Assembly (NCBI GenBank): GCA_017620915.1
Contig: JAFZSK010000096.1
Location: 1,236 to 65,235, forward strand
DNA length: 64,000 nt
Reading direction: 5' to 3'
DNA from: Clostridia bacterium
GTDB lineage: Bacteria; Bacillota; Clostridia; UBA1212; UBA1255
A program made the position numbers and the translations under genes. Under the pieces are notes generated by a model. It made no database searches. It saw only the letters and a list, made by a program, of their open reading frames with translations, and was not told the origin of the DNA. Below, in pieces: positions 10,501 to 19,906 of the stretch (position 1 is its first letter; the number at the start of each line of letters is the position of its first letter).

Positions 10501-10986
10501 GTGAACAACATTCCGGACGGCAAATACGCCGAGATGGATACGTATGTTTCGGACCTGTTTGATCTGGAAGAAGTCAGGGCCGAGGTGAATGACTACATGC
10601 TGGATCTGGACAAGGGCGACTCGGGAGTGCTCTCCGCACAGATGAGGCTCTCGCTGGATTCTGAGACGGCGCTCAGCATACGGTTCCAGGTCGAGAGCGG
10701 CACTGAACTGACGGCAAGCGCGACGTTCAATGGCAAGACCTTCACTGCCGAGAAATTCTCGGATGAATACTATGTCATCAAGATCACCGGCATCACTTCC
10801 GCACAGTTTGCGGACAACATCACCATCACCGGCAATGCGAACGGCGACTTTACCGTCAATGCTTCCGTGCTGGCGTACATCAACGCAGCGCTGAACGCTG
10901 AAACCGTGGACGCAGACGCGGCCAACGCAGTCTCCGCCCTCTACTACTACTATCTCAAAACTGTTGAATACAGGGAAGCGCAGTAA
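7528..10986 (+). CDS. large secreted multi-domain protein (2x tandem choice-of-anchor-J/MAM-like domains, Listeria-Bacteroides repeat, cleaved-adhesin-like domain, Ig-like region)
   Basis: 1152 aa. N-terminal signal peptide (ILAFMLTVAMLVSLVTINAIA). There is an internal domain duplication: EGFEGGELPEGWTTE...GYGYGVGLDDVELI versus EDFETGEMPEGWTTE...EYGYGVGLDDIALI. The stretch VSYDPNGGTG...GNITLYAQW matches the Listeria-Bacteroides repeat pattern, and DGWTLVDSDGDGQNWY matches a cleaved-adhesin-like motif. No LPXTG or other C-terminal anchor seen. The sequence is visibly more A/T-rich than its neighbours. Confidence 0.85.
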   Translation: MKLTIRKILAFMLTVAMLVSLVTINAIAETETTLISEGFEGGELPEGWTTESDTSNAWKVGTGDYSTSTGANSGNYNALITHGTTGTSSYLVTPAIDLSGNTKMAKLSFWYINRAWYSDIDEFGVYYRVGEGEWQELFTTKDAHSDWTSEALALPAAANAAGVQLGFKMTDGYGYGVGLDDVELILTDAVTRTVSYDPNGGTGTMEPTTGYEGFTVQVAGNGFTPPEGMRFWKWNTQADGSGDDYKAGDYINLTGNITLYAQWADVASIFEDFETGEMPEGWTTETESASLNWTVGTGDYYSSTGSHSGNYNAKYKSGNGNGYASWLITPVLDLSAKKSGSLSFWMINRAYSSYVDHFGVYYRIDGGEWVELFYTEEAHANWTEIKLSLPGEIFAEGVEIGFLATDEYGYGVGLDDIALITSTKPMAEADMFIVTVPEGMLVYDGTDYAAQVSVSVKSEYEGLVGTPVFEIWKSGSKVTEAVDAGNYIVKVIVPESESYAASVLTDPAWQFNVACSEYFNNFDGEDPLDGWTLVDSDGDGQNWYVYTPSSDANVYCHSAPSVLTSASFSGSALEPDNWAILPPIYIKDGAKLTFWIKAQDTNYPEDLVTVYIGDSADINQMVQIGDEYPAPVDYEKVEIDLSAYKDTIKFIALRHSESYDLFRVNIDNLHVGTHEHGNYTYTAEDNIITAHCGNEGCYLPEGIDLILNAPPLDSYNYDEPYVATLSGYDAEIFPGEVVILYSGRDGTEYAESATPPTEVGDYTVTATVCGVTATLDYTIVNYTITVDDNIEGGTVTVDPDQVLYGDIITLTATPDPGYKFEKFLVYIGGNTSANEFTSNPVSLYYNVAYDSFVSAVFSELPKPEFVAHSLVLSGQIGVKFGMDLSVLSEEEIAGSYMTFTVNGKKTVVNTADAVIEDDKYVFTCYVNSLQMAEDIDAVFTYNDTLTVSDIYSVDSYIMAVLLEEENYTPETVALVSALADYGHYAQIFLTKVNNIPDGKYAEMDTYVSDLFDLEEVRAEVNDYMLDLDKGDSGVLSAQMRLSLDSETALSIRFQVESGTELTASATFNGKTFTAEKFSDEYYVIKITGITSAQFADNITITGNANGDFTVNASVLAYINAALNAETVDADAANAVSALYYYYLKTVEYREAQ

Positions 10987-11020
10987 CGCAATAGCGCACT
11001 AAAGCAAGGAGGATCCTGCC

Positions 11021-11119
11021 ATGGAAAAATATGAACCTGCAGAACTGGAGATCATCTTCTATGTGGAAGATGTGGTCACGGCCAGCGAAGGCGGCGACAC
11101 GGATACGCCCTGGTTGTGA
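11021..11119 (+). CDS. candidate small ORF, 32-aa acidic peptide (MEKYEPAELEIIFYVEDVVTASEGGDTDTPWL)
   Basis: Not in the supplied track because it is under 60 aa. AAGGAGG at 11006-11012 lies 8 nt before the ATG at 11021. The TGA is at 11117-11119. It sits between the stop of the 1152-aa gene (10986) and the shared terminator (11177-11220), so it is probably co-transcribed. Confidence 0.4.
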   Translation: MEKYEPAELEIIFYVEDVVTASEGGDTDTPWL

Positions 11120-11176
11120 GTTATTGTAACGGGCGTTGACCCGGTTAAAACTCTGCATTTCGCAGAATAGTCAGTC

Positions 11177-11220
11177 AAGCGGCAGGCAGCCGAAACGGTT
11201 GCCCGCCGCTTCTTTGTTTC
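11177..11220 (+). terminator. rho-independent terminator after the surface-protein/small-ORF unit
   Basis: Stem AAGCGGCAGGCA (11177-11188) / TGCCCGCCGCTT (11200-11211) with one mismatch, followed by CTTTGTTTC. Confidence 0.65.
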
Positions 11221-11233
11221 TGGGTAAAATAAT

Positions 11234-11263
11234 TTGCATTCTGCAGGCTGTCTGTGCTATAAT
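11234..11263 (+). promoter_or_regulatory. sigma-70-type promoter for trpS
   Basis: TTGCAT (11234-11239), an 18-nt spacer, then TATAAT (11258-11263). The leader is only about 100 nt. Confidence 0.55.
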
Positions 11264-11367
11264 ATCAAGAATTCTTTCCGCCATTACCAGAGCGCGCTCT
11301 GTGTGCGCTGAATAGCGGGGAGGATGTTGACAGGTTTGGATCATAGACTGAAAGGAATTGACCTCAT

Positions 11368-12399
11368 ATGAGCGATGACAGAAAAATAAATGAATTGACC
11401 GAAGCCGCCGGCAGAAAGCGCATTTACAGCGCGATACAGCCGTCCGGGCAGTTGACGCTGGGCAACTACCTCGGCGCGCTCCGCAACTTCCCGAAGCTGC
11501 AGGACGAGTACGACTGTGTGTACTGCATCGCCAACATGCATTCGCTCACAGTGCGCCAGGACCCGGAGCTGCTGCGCGAACGGATCTACAATCTGCTGGC
11601 GCTGTACCTGGCGTGCGGACTGGACCCGGAAAAGAACGTGCTGTATCTGCAGTCGCAGGTGCATGAACACGCCGAACTCAGCTGGATCCTCAACTGCTAC
11701 ACGTACATCGGCGAGCTGTCCCGCATGACGCAGTTCAAGGACAAATCGGCGAAGCACGCGGACAATATCAACGCCGGCCTGTTTACGTACCCCGTGCTGA
11801 TGGCGGCGGACATTCTGTTGTACCAGTCGGATTTCGTGCCCATCGGCCGCGATCAGAAGCAGCATCTGGAGATCGCGCGGGACGTTGCCGACCGTTTCAA
11901 CAAGCTGTACGGGAAGACGTTCGTTGTCCCCGAGCCGCTCATTTCTAAGCAGGGCGCGAGGATCATGAGCCTGCAGGAGCCGGACAAGAAAATGTCCAAA
12001 TCCGACACCAACGCAGGCAACTTCATCCTGATCACCGAAGCGCCGGAGACGATCCTGAAAAAGTTCAAGAAGGCGGTCACGGATTCGGAAGCGGAAGTGC
12101 GCTACGACGAGGAGAACAAGCCCGGTGTCAGCAACCTCATTAATATATACGGCGCCGTTAAAGAATTGACCACCGAGCAGGTCGAGGAGACGTTCCGCGG
12201 TGCGCGCTACGGCGAGTTTAAGATGGCCGTGGGGCAGGCAGTGGCGGAGACCCTCGCACCGGTGCGGGAGAAGTATGAAGCGCTCGTACAGGACCGGGCA
12301 TATCTGGACAAAGTGCTGGCGGAAGGCCGGGAGAAGGCTACGGTAATTGCCGCTGCAACGCTCCGGGACGTGTACGAAAAAGTCGGGTTTGTGGTGTGA
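11368..12399 (+). CDS. trpS: tryptophan--tRNA ligase
   Basis: 343 aa. Class I aaRS signatures: SGQLTLGNYLGAL (HIGH-region equivalent) and KMSKS (KKMSKSD). Overall TrpRS length and layout. Confidence 0.95.
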   Translation: MSDDRKINELTEAAGRKRIYSAIQPSGQLTLGNYLGALRNFPKLQDEYDCVYCIANMHSLTVRQDPELLRERIYNLLALYLACGLDPEKNVLYLQSQVHEHAELSWILNCYTYIGELSRMTQFKDKSAKHADNINAGLFTYPVLMAADILLYQSDFVPIGRDQKQHLEIARDVADRFNKLYGKTFVVPEPLISKQGARIMSLQEPDKKMSKSDTNAGNFILITEAPETILKKFKKAVTDSEAEVRYDEENKPGVSNLINIYGAVKELTTEQVEETFRGARYGEFKMAVGQAVAETLAPVREKYEALVQDRAYLDKVLAEGREKATVIAAATLRDVYEKVGFVV

Positions 12400-12432
12400 T
12401 TTGACCCCTTAAAAACGCACCGCGCGGATCAG

Positions 12433-14553
12433 ATGGCAGAAGAGCAGAGATTTCACGTAGTGTCCGAATATGAGCCCGCCGGAGATCAGCCCGAAGCGAT
12501 AGAAGCGCTGGCCAGGGGGATCGAAGAGGGTGACGTGTGTCAGACGCTGCTGGGCGTTACCGGCAGCGGCAAAACGTACACTATGGCCAAAGTGATCGAA
12601 AAGGTGCAGCGGCCCACGCTGGTGCTGGCGCACAACAAAACGCTGGCGGCGCAGCTCTGCTCCGAATTCCGCGAGTTTTTCCCGGACAACGCCGTGGAAT
12701 TCTTCGTGTCGTATTACGATTATTACCAGCCGGAAGCATATATTGCCGCCACCGACACGTACATCGAGAAGGATTCCAGCATCAACGACGAGATCGACCG
12801 GCTGCGGCATTCCGCCACCGCCGCGCTGCTGGAGCGGCGGGATGTTATAATCGTTGCCAGCGTGTCGTGTATATACGGCCTGGGCGATCCCGAAGACTAT
12901 ACCGATCTGATGGTGTCGCTGCGGCCCGGCATGCACATGGAGATCGACGAGCTGGCCGCGAGGCTGGCGGCAATGAACTACGTATTCGACCGCGGCGACT
13001 TCTCCGCCCGCTGCTCGTTCCGGGTGTCCGGCGATACGCTTTCGCTGCGGCCCTCCGACCGGGACGACGTGATCCTGAAGATCGAGTTCTTCGGCGACGA
13101 GATCGACCGGATCTGCGAGTGCGACACGCTGAATTTTACGCTGAAGCGGGTGATCAATCACGCGGCGATCTTTCCGGCGTCCCACTACGCCACCACCGAC
13201 GCCAAACTGGAACACGCTCTGGGCACGATCGCAGCGGAACTGGAAGAGCGGCTGGCGGAACTCAAAGCCGAAAACAAGATCGTGGAGGCGTTCCGCCTGG
13301 AGCAGCGCACGAAGTACGATCTTGAATTGTTGCGGGAAACCAAGTTCTGCAACGGCATCGAGAACTATTCGCGGCACATCAGCGGCCGCGCGCCGGGCAG
13401 CCCGCCGTACACGCTGCTGGACTATTTCCCTGAGGACTTCATCATGTTCATTGACGAATCCCACGCCACGATCCCGCAGGTCCGGGCAATGTACAACGGC
13501 GACCACGCCCGCAAAGAATCGCTGGTGGAGTACGGGTTCCGGTTGCCCTCGGCATTCGACAACCGCCCGCTGAAGTTCGGGGAGTTCGAGGACAAACTCA
13601 ACCAGGTGATCTTCGTCAGCGCAACGCCGGCGGAGTACGAGCGCGAGCGGTCGGTCAACATCGTAGAACAGATCATCCGCCCCACCGGGCTGGTAGACCC
13701 GGAACTGGAAGTGCGGCCGGTGGAAGGGCAGATCGACGACCTGATCGGCGAGATCCGCACCGTGACGGAAAAGGGCGAGCGGGTGCTGGTGACGACGTTG
13801 ACCAAGAAAATGGCCGAAAAGCTCACCGCGCATCTGGCGGCGCTGGGCATCCGGGTGGAGTACATGCATTCGGAGGTCAAGACCATTGACCGCATGGCGC
13901 TGATCCGCGGTCTCCGGCTGGGCGAATTCGACGTGCTGGTAGGCATCAACCTGCTGCGCGAAGGCCTGGACCTGCCGGAAGTCTCGCGGGTGGCAATTCT
14001 CGACGCGGACAAAGTCGGCTTCCTCCGCAGCGAAGTATCGCTGATCCAGACCATCGGCCGGGCGGCGCGCAACGCGGGCGGCAAGGTCATAATGTACGCG
14101 GACAACGTCACCGAGGCTATGCGCGGCGCGATCACCGAGACCGAACGCCGCCGGAGTCTCCAGCTGGAGTTCAACCGCGCGCACAATATAACGCCCCGCA
14201 CGGTCATCAAAAGCGTCCGCGAGGTCATTACCACCGGCATCCCGGCGGAGGGCGGCGGCGCCGACGCGCTGGACCGGCTGCTGAGGCCCGCGGCGTATCT
14301 CGAGATCGATGGCGCGAAAGGCGGCAAAAAGACGGCTGCGCGCGGCAAATACTCGGGCGGCGTCCGGCGCATGGCTAAAGGGGACAACGCTTCCGATGCG
14401 GCGCTGATCCTTTCTGACGAAGAACTGGATCTGTCCGTGACCGAACTGCTCGACCTGCTCACCGGCCGGATGGCGGAAGCGGCGGGCGAACTCAGATTCG
14501 AAGAAGCGGCGAAATACAGAGACATAATTAAGAAACTGAAACAAGCGACATGA
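12433..14553 (+). CDS. uvrB: excinuclease ABC subunit B
   Basis: 706 aa. F.V.S.Y.PAGDQP, Walker [13 protein letters not shown] box, C-terminal UVR motif ([11 protein letters not shown]). Contains a Gly/Lys-rich insertion before the UVR domain. Confidence 0.97.
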   Translation: MAEEQRFHVVSEYEPAGDQPEAIEALARGIEEGDVCQTLLGVTGSGKTYTMAKVIEKVQRPTLVLAHNKTLAAQLCSEFREFFPDNAVEFFVSYYDYYQPEAYIAATDTYIEKDSSINDEIDRLRHSATAALLERRDVIIVASVSCIYGLGDPEDYTDLMVSLRPGMHMEIDELAARLAAMNYVFDRGDFSARCSFRVSGDTLSLRPSDRDDVILKIEFFGDEIDRICECDTLNFTLKRVINHAAIFPASHYATTDAKLEHALGTIAAELEERLAELKAENKIVEAFRLEQRTKYDLELLRETKFCNGIENYSRHISGRAPGSPPYTLLDYFPEDFIMFIDESHATIPQVRAMYNGDHARKESLVEYGFRLPSAFDNRPLKFGEFEDKLNQVIFVSATPAEYERERSVNIVEQIIRPTGLVDPELEVRPVEGQIDDLIGEIRTVTEKGERVLVTTLTKKMAEKLTAHLAALGIRVEYMHSEVKTIDRMALIRGLRLGEFDVLVGINLLREGLDLPEVSRVAILDADKVGFLRSEVSLIQTIGRAARNAGGKVIMYADNVTEAMRGAITETERRRSLQLEFNRAHNITPRTVIKSVREVITTGIPAEGGGADALDRLLRPAAYLEIDGAKGGKKTAARGKYSGGVRRMAKGDNASDAALILSDEELDLSVTELLDLLTGRMAEAAGELRFEEAAKYRDIIKKLKQAT

Positions 14554-17468
14554 AACACGAATTCATCGAAGTAAAAGGTGCCAGGGAGAACAACCTGCAG
14601 AATATTGACGTAAAGATCCCGCGCGACAGCTTGACGGTGTTCACCGGACTGTCGGGCTCGGGCAAATCGTCGCTGGCGTTCGACACGATATACGCGGAAG
14701 GGCAGCGCCGGTATATGCAGTCACTGTCTTCGTACGCGCGCATGTTCATCGGGCAGATGGAAAAGCCGGATGTGGACAGCATTGACGGGCTGTCGCCGGC
14801 GATCTCCATTGATCAGAAATCCACGTCTCGCAACCCAAGGTCCACGGTGGGAACCGTTACCGAGATATACGACTATCTGCGGCTGCTGTACGCGCGGACC
14901 GGCGTGCCGCATTGTCCCAACTGCGGCCGTGAGATCACGGCGACAACCATTGACCAGATGACCGACGCGGTGATGCGACTGCCGGACGGGATCCGCGTGC
15001 AGCTGCTGGCGCCGGTGGTGCGGTCGCGCAAAGGCGAGTACGCCAAACTGTTCGAGTCGCTGCGCAAAAACGGCTACGCGCGGGTGCGGGTGGACGGCGA
15101 AGTGTATTCGCTGGACGAAGAGATCGTACTGGAGAAATATAAGAATCATAATATCGAAGTCATTGTCGACCGGCTGGTGATGCGGCCGGATCTGCGGCGG
15201 CGCGTGGCGGACTCGCTGGAGACTGTGCTGCGGCTGGCGGCGGGGCTGGCGGTAGTTGCCATCTCGCCGGGTGCGGGAATGACGTACAAAATATTTGAAA
15301 AAGTGCGCGGCTGCATGCCGGGCGTTGACGCCGGGATCGATGAGATAATGCTGAGAGAGGACGACAAAGCGGTGCTGGAAGTGCTGTTCAGTCAGAACTT
15401 CGCCTGCGCCGAATGCGGCATCAGCCTGCCGGAGATCACACCGCGCATGTTCTCGTTCAACAGCCCCGCGGGCGCCTGTCCCGCATGCTCCGGCATCGGG
15501 CGGATCGTGCAGTTTGTGGAAGAGGATTTCATTGCGAAGATCTCCCACCGCACCACGTACGACGTGCTGATGGCGATGCTGCTGGACAACAATCTCACCG
15601 AAAAGCTCGCGATCATCGAAAGCTTGGGCAAGGTGTACAAGTTCGACGTCAACGTGCCCGTGGGCGAACTGCCCCGCGAGATCGCGGCGGTGGTAGTATC
15701 CGGCAGCGGCGACAAAAATGTGCCCTTCAACAACGGCTACAAACTGCTGCGCCAGCCCTACGTCGGCATAATGAATGTGCTGAAAAAGCATTACGCCCGC
15801 AAACTGGAAGGCGCGTTCGAGATGTATCCGGTGGAGTATTATATGTCCGAGAACGTCTGCCCCGAATGCGGCGGCAAACGCCTCAGCAAAGAGTCGCTGT
15901 GCATCACGCTGGGCGGCCTCAATATATCCCAGTTTACAGAACTATCGATCCGAAACGCGCTGGATTTCATGAACGGACTTACGCTGACGGGCGAGAAAGA
16001 AGTGATCTCCCGGGACATCGTGAAAGAAATCAAAGGGCGGCTGAGCTTCCTGACCAACGTGGGCCTGGAATATCTGACGCTGGCGCGCTCCAGCGGCACA
16101 CTGTCGGGCGGCGAATCGCAGCGGATCCGGCTGGCAACGCAGATCGGCGCCGGATTAATGGGCGTGCTGTATATTCTGGACGAGCCCAGCATCGGTCTGC
16201 ACCAGCGGGACAACCAGAAGCTGCTTGCTACGCTGAAGAGTTTGCGCGACCTGGGCAACACGCTGATCGTGGTTGAACACGATGAAGAGACGATGCTGGC
16301 GGCGGATTGTATCGTTGACGTCGGACCACTGGCGGGCATCCACGGCGGCCGGATCGTGGCGGTAGGGACGCCGGACGAGATAAAGGACTGTCCCGAGTCG
16401 CTAACCGGTCAATATTTGTCCGGCAAACTGAAGATCCCGGTGCCGGAGACGCGGCGGCCGGGCAACGGCAGAGAATTGACCGTTAAAGGCCTGCGGGTCA
16501 ACAACCTGAAAAACATTGACATCTCCGTGCCCCTGGGGCGCTTCGTATGCGTCACCGGCGTGTCGGGCTCCGGCAAGAGCTCATTTGTCAGCGAAGTGCT
16601 GGCTAAAATGTTCACCGACGCGGATCCGCTGGGCCGCGGATATACCGCCGTCGAAGGGAAGGACAACATCGACAAATGCATCTGCATCGATCAATCGCCC
16701 ATCGGCCGCACGCCGCGCTCGAACCCGGCAACATACGTAGGCGTGTTCACGCAGATCCGCGATTTGTTTGCGCTGCTGCCGGAGAGCCGCGCGCGGGGCT
16801 ACAAGAGCGGCCGGTTCAGCTTTAACACCAAAGGCGGCCGCTGCGAAGCCTGTTCCGGCGACGGCATAAAGAAGATCGAAATGCATTTCCTGCCGGATGT
16901 GTACGTGCCCTGCGAAGTGTGCAAGGGCAAACGCTACAACCGCGAGACGCTGGAGATCCGGTACCGCGGCAAAAACATTTCGGACGTGCTGGAAATGACC
17001 ATCGACGAAGCCGCGGAGTTCTTCACGGACATGCCGGCAATACAGCGCAAGATCGGCACGCTGGTGGACGTGGGGCTGGGCTATATGAAGCTGGGGCAGT
17101 CGTCCACGACATTATCCGGCGGCGAAGCGCAGCGCATCAAGCTGGCGGCGGAACTCTCGCGCATCGGCACGGGCAACACGCTGTACATACTTGACGAACC
17201 CACCACGGGCCTGCATACCCACGACGTCAAAAAGCTGATCGAGATCCTCGACCGGCTCGTGGACGCGGGCAACACCGTGGTCGTTATAGAACACAATCTG
17301 GATGTGATCAAATGTGCCGATCATATCATTGACTTAGGACCGGAGGGCGGCGACGCGGGCGGCACGGTAGTGGCGCAGGGTACGCCGGAGGAAGTGGCGA
17401 AAGTGCCCGGCTCGTATACGGGTCAGTTCCTGAAACGGGCGCTTTTAGTGAAGGAGAGTGAGCAGTAA
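14550..17468 (+). CDS. uvrA: excinuclease ABC subunit A
   Basis: 972 aa. Two ABC modules ([30 protein letters not shown] twice) and zinc-finger Cys clusters. The ATGA start overlaps the uvrB stop. Confidence 0.97.
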   Translation: MKHEFIEVKGARENNLQNIDVKIPRDSLTVFTGLSGSGKSSLAFDTIYAEGQRRYMQSLSSYARMFIGQMEKPDVDSIDGLSPAISIDQKSTSRNPRSTVGTVTEIYDYLRLLYARTGVPHCPNCGREITATTIDQMTDAVMRLPDGIRVQLLAPVVRSRKGEYAKLFESLRKNGYARVRVDGEVYSLDEEIVLEKYKNHNIEVIVDRLVMRPDLRRRVADSLETVLRLAAGLAVVAISPGAGMTYKIFEKVRGCMPGVDAGIDEIMLREDDKAVLEVLFSQNFACAECGISLPEITPRMFSFNSPAGACPACSGIGRIVQFVEEDFIAKISHRTTYDVLMAMLLDNNLTEKLAIIESLGKVYKFDVNVPVGELPREIAAVVVSGSGDKNVPFNNGYKLLRQPYVGIMNVLKKHYARKLEGAFEMYPVEYYMSENVCPECGGKRLSKESLCITLGGLNISQFTELSIRNALDFMNGLTLTGEKEVISRDIVKEIKGRLSFLTNVGLEYLTLARSSGTLSGGESQRIRLATQIGAGLMGVLYILDEPSIGLHQRDNQKLLATLKSLRDLGNTLIVVEHDEETMLAADCIVDVGPLAGIHGGRIVAVGTPDEIKDCPESLTGQYLSGKLKIPVPETRRPGNGRELTVKGLRVNNLKNIDISVPLGRFVCVTGVSGSGKSSFVSEVLAKMFTDADPLGRGYTAVEGKDNIDKCICIDQSPIGRTPRSNPATYVGVFTQIRDLFALLPESRARGYKSGRFSFNTKGGRCEACSGDGIKKIEMHFLPDVYVPCEVCKGKRYNRETLEIRYRGKNISDVLEMTIDEAAEFFTDMPAIQRKIGTLVDVGLGYMKLGQSSTTLSGGEAQRIKLAAELSRIGTGNTLYILDEPTTGLHTHDVKKLIEILDRLVDAGNTVVVIEHNLDVIKCADHIIDLGPEGGDAGGTVVAQGTPEEVAKVPGSYTGQFLKRALLVKESEQ

Positions 17469-19885
17469 TGAAAAAAGAAGTCTGTTCAATGTGCAAAAAA
17501 CGCATTGCCACGGTTTTCGTGACACAGATAGATCAGAGCGGCAATCAGGTCAACAAAGGCCTGTGCATTGTCTGCGCCAAGAAGCTGAACCTGCCGCAGG
17601 TCAATCAGTTCCTGGCCAACATGAACATTTCCGACGAGGATCTGGAAGCAATGGCCGACGAAATGACCGGCATCGCGGATCAGATGGAGGACGCCGCAAA
17701 GGATCCGAACGCGGAAGGGACGGAAGCCCTCGAAGCGCCGGAAAACGGCGGAGATGCCCCTGACGGCAGCATGCCTTCATCCACCGGCGCGCCGAATTTC
17801 TTCGATATCTTAAAGAACTTCGGCAAGAGCCTCGGGAACATTGCCAACGGCGTCCCGCAGCGGCCCGCACCGGAAGAGAAAAACGGAGACAATGCAGCGG
17901 CCGGCGGCAGCGCGCCCAAATCCAAAACGGAGAAAAACGGCGAGCGCAAGCCGCAGAAATTCAAGTTTTTGTCCATGTACGGCACAGACCTAACCGGCAA
18001 GGCGGAGGAGGGCAAGATCGACAACATCGTTGGCCGCACCCGCGAGACCGAGCGCGTGATCCAAATCATCAACCGCCGCTCCAAGAACAATCCGGTGCTC
18101 GTGGGCGAAGCCGGCGTCGGCAAGACTGCCATCGCCGAGGGGCTGGCGCTGCGCATTGCCCGCGGCGAGGTGCCGGAAAAACTGCTGAACAAACGCATTT
18201 ACCTGCTGGACCTCACCGCAATGGTGGCGGGCACTCAGTTCCGCGGCCAGTTCGAGGGCCGTATGAAGGGCCTGCTGGACGAAGTAAAGGGCGCGGGCAA
18301 CGTGATCCTGGTCATCGACGAGATCCACAATATAATGGGCGCGGGCGAAGCCGAGGGTTCGCTGAACGCGGCCAACATCCTCAAACCCGCGCTGTCCCGC
18401 GGGGAGATCCAGGTGATCGGCGCCACGACGCTCAAAGAGTACCGCAAGTACATCGAGAAAGACAGCGCGCTGGAGCGGCGCTTCCAGCCGGTGATGGTCA
18501 ACGAGCCTTCCGTGAGCGAGACCATTGACATCCTGAAGGGCGTCAAGACGCATTACGAGGAGTACCACAGGACCCGCGTCAGCGACCGGCTGATAGAGGA
18601 AGCGGTGAAGTTGTCCGAGCGCTACATTACCGACCGGTATCTGCCGGACAAGGCCATTGACGTCCTGGACGAAGCCGCCTCCCGCGCCAACCTGCGCAAC
18701 GAAGTGCCGGGGCAGATCGACGCGCTGACCAAAGAGATCGACGCCCTCAACAGAGAGATAGAAGCGCTGGAGAGCAAAGCAGCGGACGATGAGCCGGCAC
18801 AGCTGGAAAAGTTCAAGAGCATCGCCGAAAGCAAAGAAAAACTCGCACAGCTGAACGAAAAGCTGGCGGAACTGAAAGAACATGAATTCAACGACGTCAC
18901 GTACGACGATATCACCGGCGTCATCGAGACCTGGACCGGCATTCCGATCCACACGGTGTCGGAAGACGAGGCGCACCGGCTGCTGGAGCTGGAAAACCGG
19001 CTGAAACAGCATATTATCGGGCAGGACAAAGCGGTCGAGGCCGTGTCCCGCGCGATCCGCCGAAATCGCTCCGGCTTCCGCAAGCGCACTAAACCCGCGT
19101 CGTTCATTCTGGTGGGCCCCACCGGCGTGGGCAAGACCGAACTGGTACGCCAGCTGGCGGTCGAACTGTTCGGCACCCAGGAGGCGCTGGTGCGGCTGGA
19201 TATGTCAGAGTACATGGAAAAGCACACGGTATCCAAACTGATCGGTTCGCCTCCGGGTTACGTGGGCTTCGACGAAGCCGGGCAATTGACCGAAAAGATC
19301 CGGCGCCGCCCGTATTCCGTGATCCTGCTGGACGAGATCGAAAAAGCGCATCCGGATGTGTTCAATATGCTGCTGCAGATACTGGACGACGGCCGGTTGA
19401 CGGACAGCCAGGGCCGGGTGGTGGACTTTTCCAACACCATCATCATAATGACGTCCAACGCGGGCAACTCCCTTAAGAGCAAGAGCATCGGTTTTTCCGC
19501 CGATGAGCGGGTGGCCGCCGCCGACGCGTCACGGGAAGCGCTCAAGACCATATTCCGCCCCGAATTCCTGAACCGGGTGGATGAGATCGTGGTGTTTGAC
19601 AGCCTTAACTCCGAGAGCCTGGCGGGTATTGCCCGGCTGATGGTGGGCGAGATCGTGGAGGAGAGCCGGGACAAGGGATTGACCCTGGACATCGCCGAAG
19701 ACGTGTACCCGCTGCTGGCTAAGGAAGGCTACGACGAAAAGTACGGCGCGCGGCCGATGCGCAGATATATCCAGGAACACATAGAAGACGAACTGGCGGA
19801 GCTGTATCTGAGCGGCGCGCTGGCCGGCGGCGATACCGCCGTAGTTGAAGTTAAAGACGGTAAACTCAGCGTGCACAAAGGCTGA
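17468..19885 (+). CDS. clpE: ClpE-type Hsp100/Clp ATPase (N-terminal zinc ribbon, two AAA+ modules)
   Basis: 805 aa. CSMCKK...CIVCAKK at the N-terminus replaces Clp_N repeats. Two Walker A motifs ([16 protein letters not shown]). Coiled-coil middle region. Starts by TAATG overlap with the uvrA stop. The clpE symbol rests on the zinc-ribbon architecture only. Confidence 0.8.
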   Translation: MKKEVCSMCKKRIATVFVTQIDQSGNQVNKGLCIVCAKKLNLPQVNQFLANMNISDEDLEAMADEMTGIADQMEDAAKDPNAEGTEALEAPENGGDAPDGSMPSSTGAPNFFDILKNFGKSLGNIANGVPQRPAPEEKNGDNAAAGGSAPKSKTEKNGERKPQKFKFLSMYGTDLTGKAEEGKIDNIVGRTRETERVIQIINRRSKNNPVLVGEAGVGKTAIAEGLALRIARGEVPEKLLNKRIYLLDLTAMVAGTQFRGQFEGRMKGLLDEVKGAGNVILVIDEIHNIMGAGEAEGSLNAANILKPALSRGEIQVIGATTLKEYRKYIEKDSALERRFQPVMVNEPSVSETIDILKGVKTHYEEYHRTRVSDRLIEEAVKLSERYITDRYLPDKAIDVLDEAASRANLRNEVPGQIDALTKEIDALNREIEALESKAADDEPAQLEKFKSIAESKEKLAQLNEKLAELKEHEFNDVTYDDITGVIETWTGIPIHTVSEDEAHRLLELENRLKQHIIGQDKAVEAVSRAIRRNRSGFRKRTKPASFILVGPTGVGKTELVRQLAVELFGTQEALVRLDMSEYMEKHTVSKLIGSPPGYVGFDEAGQLTEKIRRRPYSVILLDEIEKAHPDVFNMLLQILDDGRLTDSQGRVVDFSNTIIIMTSNAGNSLKSKSIGFSADERVAAADASREALKTIFRPEFLNRVDEIVVFDSLNSESLAGIARLMVGEIVEESRDKGLTLDIAEDVYPLLAKEGYDEKYGARPMRRYIQEHIEDELAELYLSGALAGGDTAVVEVKDGKLSVHKG

Positions 19886-19906
19886 GAACTCATACAGGAG
19901 ATCCGC

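Noticed and set aside
11264-11367. T-box riboswitch leader upstream of trpS
   Set aside because: The leader after the predicted promoter is only about 100 nt. It lacks the conserved T-box sequence (AGGGTGGTACCGCG-like) and has no terminator/antiterminator pair.
12409-14544. A 711-aa ORF antisense to uvrB. Similar long antisense or out-of-frame ORFs occur at 2187-3470, 5916-7469, 9019-10476, 14721-15791, 17990-19012 and 20153-21319.
   Set aside because: Each lies fully inside a confidently recognised gene on the other strand. The translations are Arg/Ala/Gly/His-rich low-complexity strings with no motifs, which is the typical stop-codon-poor artefact of GC-rich DNA.
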